The notes under the pieces were generated by a model that was given only the letters and a program-made list of their open reading frames with translations, was not told the origin of the DNA and searched no databases. A stretch of DNA of 64,000 nucleotides from Bryobacterales bacterium (GTDB lineage Bacteria; Acidobacteriota; Terriglobia; Bryobacterales; UBA6623), in contig CBDDCL010000015.1 in assembly GCA_965226245.1 (NCBI GenBank), forward strand, positions 1,839,412-1,903,411, given 5' to 3'. The translations under genes were made by a program, and so were the position numbers. This document shows positions 58,639-64,000 of the stretch, piece by piece. Numbering within the stretch: position 1 is the first letter of the stretch; the number at the start of each line of letters is the position of its first letter.

Positions 58639-58675
58639 GGATCAACGCGAATTGGACCGCGCCAAGTGCCGATTT

Positions 58676-59575
58676 CTACCGGGATCTCTTGATTTCGGCC
58701 AGGCGCTTCTTCTTGTAAGCGTCGTATTCTTCTTGCAGCTCCGGGCTCAACGGACCGCCGTAAAGGTCGCTGGCCTTGTGCTTGCCGGTGAGGAATTTGT
58801 TTTTCGTCCAATCGTCTTTGATGTGGATGAGGTCGGCCCGGTCAAGCACTTTTTCGACCAGGTGCGGAGGAATGAAGATGACGCCGGTCCGGTCGCCCAA
58901 AACAACGTCGCCCGGCAGCACGGCCGCGTGGCCAACGTGTACGGGGATGTTGATTCCCACCACAACCACTCCGGTCACCGCTGAAGGATGCGGTTTTCGA
59001 AAGTAGATCTGCGTCGGCAAATCGTGGGTTCCCTGCAAGTCGCGTATGGTTCCGTCGACAACCGCGCCCTTCCCGGTGGCTCCGTAGATCGCTGCTGCCA
59101 GATTGTCACCGCCGAAGTTGTGTCCCGGGGCCGCACCCATCAGGTCAACGACCGGAACGTCACCCTTCTGCAAGATGTCGATGACTTTCTGGGTTGGCCG
59201 GTTCGACATGCCCTTGGCCTTGGCATCGGCGTCAATAAACTCCTTGAGGTCGGGGCGCAGCGGCAAGTATTGCGCCGTGACGGCGCGCCCGACGAGCGTT
59301 TTTCCGGGCTTGAGGATCTGGAAATCGCCCGCGAACTGGCGCATGTAACCCTCGCCGCGCAGGACTCCCCAGGCTTCTTCGATCGACAGCTTCGCCACGC
59401 GCTCCAGCAGCGCGTCGGGGACTTTCGGACGCCCGTCCGGAAAACGCTCGTAGGGGTTGAGCTTGGTCAGCTCGATCATCTCGTCCCGGCTCAGCGAAAG
59501 AATCTGACCCGGGGCGGGGGTTATCAGCGCGCAGGCTAGACAGATGGCGAAGGGGATAGTTAGCAGCGATCTCAT
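58676..59575 (-). CDS. RraA-family protein (RraA / 4-hydroxy-4-methyl-2-oxoglutarate aldolase-like) with signal peptide
   Basis: MRSLLTIPFAICLACALITPAPG...GDVPVVDLMG...FGGDNLAAAIYGATGKGAVVDGTIRD...PGDVVLGDRTGVIFIP. Start at ATG 59575. Confidence 0.8.
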   Translation of the reverse strand: MRSLLTIPFAICLACALITPAPGQILSLSRDEMIELTKLNPYERFPDGRPKVPDALLERVAKLSIEEAWGVLRGEGYMRQFAGDFQILKPGKTLVGRAVTAQYLPLRPDLKEFIDADAKAKGMSNRPTQKVIDILQKGDVPVVDLMGAAPGHNFGGDNLAAAIYGATGKGAVVDGTIRDLQGTHDLPTQIYFRKPHPSAVTGVVVVGINIPVHVGHAAVLPGDVVLGDRTGVIFIPPHLVEKVLDRADLIHIKDDWTKNKFLTGKHKASDLYGGPLSPELQEEYDAYKKKRLAEIKRSR

Positions 59576-59678
59576 GGCTGGACTCCGATACGATGGGTGG
59601 GGTGGACAGCGATCATCATAGGCCTTTGTACCGGCGCTTTCAACCGGATCGGGCAGGCCTACTTTCCGCCGCGGGGGT

Positions 59679-60446
59679 TTGCTGGTGAGGCCGGACCGGC
59701 TTACCGGCATCAACGCGGTTTCAGAAGCGCTGCGTTCCGGCCGCCATTTGGAGCGCGTGCTCGTGGTTCGCGGCGGGAAAAACCCGCGCTTGCAGGCGAT
59801 TATCGACGCCTGCCGGCAGGCGGGAGTGCCGGTGCGCTTCGAACCCCGCGGCGCGCTCGACCGTTTCGTCGGCGGCAAGAACCACCAAGGCGTCGCGGCG
59901 ATCAGCTCGGCGGCGACCTATGCGAGGCTGAACGAAGTCCTTGAGAAACTTGAAAAACCGGGACTGATCGTTGTGCTCGACGGAGTGGAAGATCCCCACA
60001 ACTTGGGGGCCATCCTTCGCTCGGCCCATGCCGCCGGAGCCGACGCCGTAGTCGTCCCCGAACGGCGGTCCGCCCCGCTGAGTGAAGCGGTTGCCAAAGC
60101 CTCGGCGGGCGCAATCGAGCATCTGCCCGTTTGCCGCGTCAAGAACTTGAGCCGAGCCTTGACACAGCTCAAGGACGCCGGCTTCTGGGTCTATGGTCTT
60201 GACGAGAGGGCCAAGCAGCTTTACGGCCGGGGCGATTACAGGCAGCATACGGCCCTGGTCCTGGGAGGGGAAGGGAAGGGGCTGCATCGGCTGACCGCCG
60301 AGCGCTGTGACGCCCTAGTAAGGATACCCGTCGCCGGCCGCATTGCCTCGCTGAACGTTTCCGTCGCCGCCGGGGTTGTGCTTTTTGAGGCGGTGCGGCA
60401 AAGGCAGGAAGAGCGCGGCGCCGGCAAGGGGAGAACCAAGTCTTAA
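59679..60446 (+). CDS. rlmB: 23S rRNA (guanosine-2'-O)-methyltransferase RlmB (SpoU/TrmH family)
   Basis: GINAVSEALRSGR...HQGVAA...LDGVEDPHNLGAILRSA...IPVAGRIASLNVSVAAG. Non-ATG start. Confidence 0.85.
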   Translation: MLVRPDRLTGINAVSEALRSGRHLERVLVVRGGKNPRLQAIIDACRQAGVPVRFEPRGALDRFVGGKNHQGVAAISSAATYARLNEVLEKLEKPGLIVVLDGVEDPHNLGAILRSAHAAGADAVVVPERRSAPLSEAVAKASAGAIEHLPVCRVKNLSRALTQLKDAGFWVYGLDERAKQLYGRGDYRQHTALVLGGEGKGLHRLTAERCDALVRIPVAGRIASLNVSVAAGVVLFEAVRQRQEERGAGKGRTKS

Positions 60447-60737
60447 ACCGGCCCTAACTGCTACAATGAGAACGGTGGAAACAAGCTAAGGTGGCGGCAA
60501 GCGATGTGGCGACAAGCGATGTGGCGCACGTCTCCAGACGTGCCGTGTCGCCATTCCTGGCGACATGTCTTAGTGGCATGGTCTTACTGGGATAGTCTTG
60601 CGTGGCAGTGGCCGTCCACCCGAATGTGCCGCCAATCCGCCCGCCTTGGCGAGCGACAAGAATACCTCAAATCCGCAAGAAAACCTGTCGCTTTGCCAGG
60701 GATCCTGCCACGGTCCCGCCGTCGGCTGTAATCCGAG

Positions 60738-60892
60738 TCACTGAAAACAAAAACATTATCGGTTGACACCATGACGAGGCGTCGAAAATAGCCCAGATCC
60801 TGCCATTTTGTGCCATTCTCTGCCATTTCCGCACATTTTGTAAAGAAACTTTATAAAAACTTACACCTCACGCTGCAACCTCTTTGTTTCCA
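60738..60892. repeat. AT-rich conserved module, copy C
   Basis: TCACTGAAAACAAAAACATTATCGGTTGACACC...TGCCATTTTG TGCCATTCTC TGCCATTTCC (60801-60830)...GAAACTTTATAAAAAC...CAACCTCTTTGTTTC. On the minus strand: TTGCAG (60878-60873), a 17-nt spacer, TATAAA (60855-60850). Confidence 0.8.
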
Positions 60893-61113
60893 TCACTTCG
60901 CCAGGCCGTTGCCACTGACATCCTGGCCTGCCGCTTTGACGCCAACGCCGTGGCGGGCAGAGATGCCTGTCCAATTCATCTTGAGAATGTAGAAACTCTA
61001 GGCCTTTGCCGCGTTAACGCCGCGGTTGTTGAATCCTTGCCAAGCACTGCAGAAAACTTCAGGTGGCCGGACAGAGGCGTGGACGGAAGTCCACCGCTTG
61101 GGGCAGACGCCTC

Positions 61114-61857
61114 CTACTCGTCCAGGCGCAGCAGCCAGCGCAGTGAGTTGCGGATAAGCCGCTGTGTCATTCGATGGCCGAGCCGTTCCGGCGTGTGTCC
61201 CGGCGAGAGGTAGACGAAGCGGCCCTTGCCTGGCTCGCGCCACCAACCGGCCGGCGCGGCTTTATTGTCGCGTGCGATGTTTCGCAGCAGCAGATGCTGG
61301 CGGTCCAAGTAGTATTTGCTGGTGTGCTGCTCGTCGAAGATCTCGTAGTCTTCGACGCCTTGGGTGATCGGGTGTTTCTTGTCCTCGACCCGCACCGTGA
61401 AAGTCGCCGGCGGCGGGTGGCCGCCGTAGTCTCCTCCGAACAGCTTGTAATAGAGCCCGCCGGGCGGATAAATCCCGTGCGAGTTGTGCATGGCCAGGAA
61501 AGCGCCGCCGTTGTGGACGAAGTCCCAGACCGCTTGCTGCTGGCCCTCGGTCATCCATTTGACGTGAGGCTGGTCGAAGCCGCTGGGCCAGATCATGCCG
61601 TCTTTGTAGATGACCAGTAAGTCGAAAGCTTTCAATGCCTCGGCGGTCAGCGCCTTGTCGTTCTCGATGAAGACAACCGGGATGTTTTCGCGCAAGAAAG
61701 CCGGCGCCATGCCGTCGCGGATATGGACCGGGCTGTGGTAGCGGTCGCCAATCAGGGCCAGCGCACGCGGCCGGGCAGCGGATTGATAAACAGCAGACGT
61801 GTTCTGGGCGGGCAGAACGGCGGCCGCGAGAAGAAACAACGATGCCAGGCGACGCAT
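61114..61857 (-). CDS. ThuA-domain (trehalose utilisation-like) protein, secreted
   Basis: MRRLASLFLLAAAVLPAQ...ALIGDRYHSP...FDLLVIYKDG...GGAFLAMHNS...HPITQGVEDYEIFDEQH. Start at ATG 61857. Confidence 0.85.
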   Translation of the reverse strand: MRRLASLFLLAAAVLPAQNTSAVYQSAARPRALALIGDRYHSPVHIRDGMAPAFLRENIPVVFIENDKALTAEALKAFDLLVIYKDGMIWPSGFDQPHVKWMTEGQQQAVWDFVHNGGAFLAMHNSHGIYPPGGLYYKLFGGDYGGHPPPATFTVRVEDKKHPITQGVEDYEIFDEQHTSKYYLDRQHLLLRNIARDNKAAPAGWWREPGKGRFVYLSPGHTPERLGHRMTQRLIRNSLRWLLRLDE

Positions 61858-62003
61858 ATATTGCTCCTCGGTCGATGAACCTCCGAGATTGTAGCAGAGG
61901 CGGATGCGCAAGAATGATGTCGCCAGGAATGGCGACACGGCACGCAAGAATGCGCGCGCCACGTCGGGAGCCGCGGCCGTGGCGGGCAAAGCGGGTTCCG
62001 GGC

Positions 62004-63485
62004 TTACACTTCCATGGCGGCTTTGACGTCGGGCGCAAGCTGCTCTTCGCTGCGTTCTCCGGCGAACCACGAAACACCGACGAAGACCGCGATGGACACA
62101 AGCAACGAAAAACAACCGACCGCCATTCCGTGGGGCAATACGTAAATGCCATGCCGCGCGGATAGCTCCAGGGCGAAGTTCAGCACAATGCTGATTCCAA
62201 TGGAGAGAACACACGCCGAGGCGGTAGCGCGTTTCCAATTCAGCCCGATCGCGACACTGGGTACGATCGCCGCGGCGAAAGTCCCCCAACCGAATGTGCC
62301 CAGCAGCGCGATGAGGTTCTCCATGTATAGGGCGAACAGCGCCGAAGCCACCAGCAGCACCGCAGTAGCCACACGGGTCCACAAGAGCTGGTTGGCAATC
62401 GGCCGCCCGCGCCAAGCGATCGGAATATCGCGTACCATCGCCGCCGCCCCGATGTTGAGAAAGCTGTCGGAGGTGGACATGATCGCCGCCAGCAACCCGG
62501 CGAATACCATGCCGGCAAGCAGCTCCGGAGTGTAATTGAGAAGAAAAACCGGAGCGGCAAGGTCAGGCGAGTCCAGCGGCCCTTGAATGCCGCCGGCCAC
62601 CAGAGCGCGCATCGAGAACCCGACGCTCATCCAAAGCAAGCTCAGCACCGCGTAACAGCAGCCCGCCAGCAGGGCTCCCCACCTCAACTCGCGAATGTCA
62701 CGCAACATGAGAAACTTCGTGATCGCGTGTGGCTGCCCCACGGCTCCGATGACAAACAGCATGTACCAGCTCAGCGCCGTCATCGCGCCGCGCGTTCCCC
62801 AGGGCCCGATGAACTCAGGATCCATCTCCCAAAGAGTCGTGCTGATCTGGGACATGCCCCCGCCCGCCTCGAGCGAGTAATAGAGAACCGCCAGCGCGGA
62901 GACCATCATCAGTAGTCCCTGAAACAGGTCCGTGTAGACACTGGCCAGGATTCCTCCGGCAACGCTGTAGAAGGCCAGCACGCTCAGGCCGATCATCAAC
63001 GCCAGCGGGAGCGTCACTCCGAACACGGCGACCAGCACCATTCCGATCGCCAGCACCTGGGTCCCCAAGTACCCCAGCACGCCCAGCAGAATCGCGATCG
63101 CCATCATCAGCCGCGGCCAGCGTCCTCCATAGCGCGCTTCGACCGCGTCGGGAAGTGTCAGTATTTCTCGGACCTCGGAGAGCAATCGCAGCCGCTTTCC
63201 CACCAAGATCCAAGAGAGAGCGAAGCCAAAGGTCGACGGGAAGGTCATCCAAAGCGAGCTGGAGCCCGACTCGAACACCAGGCCCGGCCCCCCGACAAAC
63301 CCGAAACCGCTCATGATGCTGGACATGGCGGCGATGACGACGACGAAGGGGCCGAGCGTCCTGCCGGCGACGAGATAATCGGCGATGGTGTGCGTTCTCT
63401 TCATCGCCCAAACGCCGACCAGCAAACAGGCGGCGAGATACACCAGCACACAGGCTATGATCGTCGGGGATTGCGAGACAGGCAT
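62004..63485 (-). CDS. Sodium:solute symporter (SSS/SLC5) family transporter
   Basis: Multi-TM protein with YLVAGRTLGPFVV...SGFGFVGGPGLVF. The start ATG 63485 overlaps the upstream stop (TAATG). Confidence 0.85.
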   Translation of the reverse strand: MPVSQSPTIIACVLVYLAACLLVGVWAMKRTHTIADYLVAGRTLGPFVVVIAAMSSIMSGFGFVGGPGLVFESGSSSLWMTFPSTFGFALSWILVGKRLRLLSEVREILTLPDAVEARYGGRWPRLMMAIAILLGVLGYLGTQVLAIGMVLVAVFGVTLPLALMIGLSVLAFYSVAGGILASVYTDLFQGLLMMVSALAVLYYSLEAGGGMSQISTTLWEMDPEFIGPWGTRGAMTALSWYMLFVIGAVGQPHAITKFLMLRDIRELRWGALLAGCCYAVLSLLWMSVGFSMRALVAGGIQGPLDSPDLAAPVFLLNYTPELLAGMVFAGLLAAIMSTSDSFLNIGAAAMVRDIPIAWRGRPIANQLLWTRVATAVLLVASALFALYMENLIALLGTFGWGTFAAAIVPSVAIGLNWKRATASACVLSIGISIVLNFALELSARHGIYVLPHGMAVGCFSLLVSIAVFVGVSWFAGERSEEQLAPDVKAAMEV

Positions 63486-63907
63486 TAGCGGCCGGGCTCC
63501 GAACGTCCAAACTTGCGGAGAAACGCGCGCAGTTTTTCCTCGGGCAAAATGGACCGCTGAAACACCAGCCCGTAGAGCAAACCGGCCATGACGCCGACCG
63601 GCCAAATCCCGAACACGAGAACGGCCGTGGCGGCGGGGAAGCCCAGAATGAGCCGCGGTTCGCCGCTAGGGTTATCGAGCCCCGCAAGCAGCAGCAACAG
63701 AGCCGAGTAAACAAGGAAGATGCCAATGATGGCGGCCAGAATTGGCGGGCGGCGGTATTCAGGCCCGAAACCGATGGCCATCGCGAGAGCCATCATCAGC
63801 CATGTCAAGATTCCGAACAGAAGCCATTGATTGAGGAACGCGAGGGCGATGGCGGCCAACCCAACCAGTCCAAAGACGCCGACGACAGCCTTACTCTCGC
63901 TTTTCAT
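63485..63907 (-). CDS. Small integral membrane protein translationally coupled to the symporter (possible accessory subunit)
   Basis: 140-aa ORF with four hydrophobic segments. Its stop overlaps the symporter start by 1 nt. Confidence 0.65.
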   Translation of the reverse strand: MKSESKAVVGVFGLVGLAAIALAFLNQWLLFGILTWLMMALAMAIGFGPEYRRPPILAAIIGIFLVYSALLLLLAGLDNPSGEPRLILGFPAATAVLVFGIWPVGVMAGLLYGLVFQRSILPEEKLRAFLRKFGRSEPGR

Positions 63908-63920
63908 AGGCGCGATCGGC

Positions 63921-64000
63921 TCAGCTTGCTTCCCAGACGAATGCGTTGAACTTTCGAATGGTGCGGAAGCCGGCCCGTTCGTATAAGTTGATGGCTCCCT
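63921..64000 (-). CDS. C-terminal end of a GNAT-family N-acetyltransferase (5' part beyond window)
   Basis: Own translation ...AINLYERAGFRTIRKFNAFVWEAS*, with the characteristic NxxAIxLYExxGF motif. Confidence 0.5.
   Translation of the reverse strand, partial: GAINLYERAGFRTIRKFNAFVWEAS

Overview
High-GC chromosomal window. Gene content suggests an acidobacterial origin: an ASPIC/UnbV-TPR protein, a PD40/TolB-propeller Ser/Thr kinase, a PPC-domain secreted protein, and relics of CarboxypepD_reg and TIGR03436-type VWA genes. This origin is inference only. Housekeeping blocks are glgX-malQ, erpA-methyltransferase-nadE, glnB, tag, rlmB, an M50 protease and a solute symporter. About 13.8 kb (~22%) is insertion sequence. 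There are six copies of a ~1.8-kb IS1380-like element, here called ISa, with CCTGAATTATGCAC terminal inverted repeats and 5-bp TNNCA target duplications. There are three copies of two related ~1.03-kb IS1595/ISXO2-like elements, ISb and ISb2, with 8-bp duplications. One ISb is nested inside an ISa. The most notable locus (15.1-29.4 kb) is a three-gene nfrB/nfrA/ybcH-type exopolysaccharide synthase-secretion operon: a GT2 with a C-terminal MshEN c-di-GMP-binding motif, a TPR plus C-terminal beta-barrel protein, and a DUF4434-like protein. It reads in frame only after in-silico excision of five IS insertions. It also carries a probable frameshift, and the adjacent NAD-epimerase gene is frameshifted too. 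Other items are an ISa-truncated parD re-initiated from an ATG inside the IS next to an intact parE (with non-matching IS flanks), and an uncharacterised two-gene cassette beside a Uma2 endonuclease. There are also several intergenic repeat families: a 3-copy AT-rich module with a sigma70-like promoter and TGCCATTYTC iterons; a 962-bp unit bounded by ~134-bp inverted repeats abutting a truncated oxidoreductase gene; a 100-bp five-hairpin BIME-like unit; a 156-nt rod-like hairpin; and inverted arrays of an 8-bp repeat. No rRNA, tRNA or CRISPR array was recognised. All family assignments come from reading translated sequence by eye, and no database search was run.
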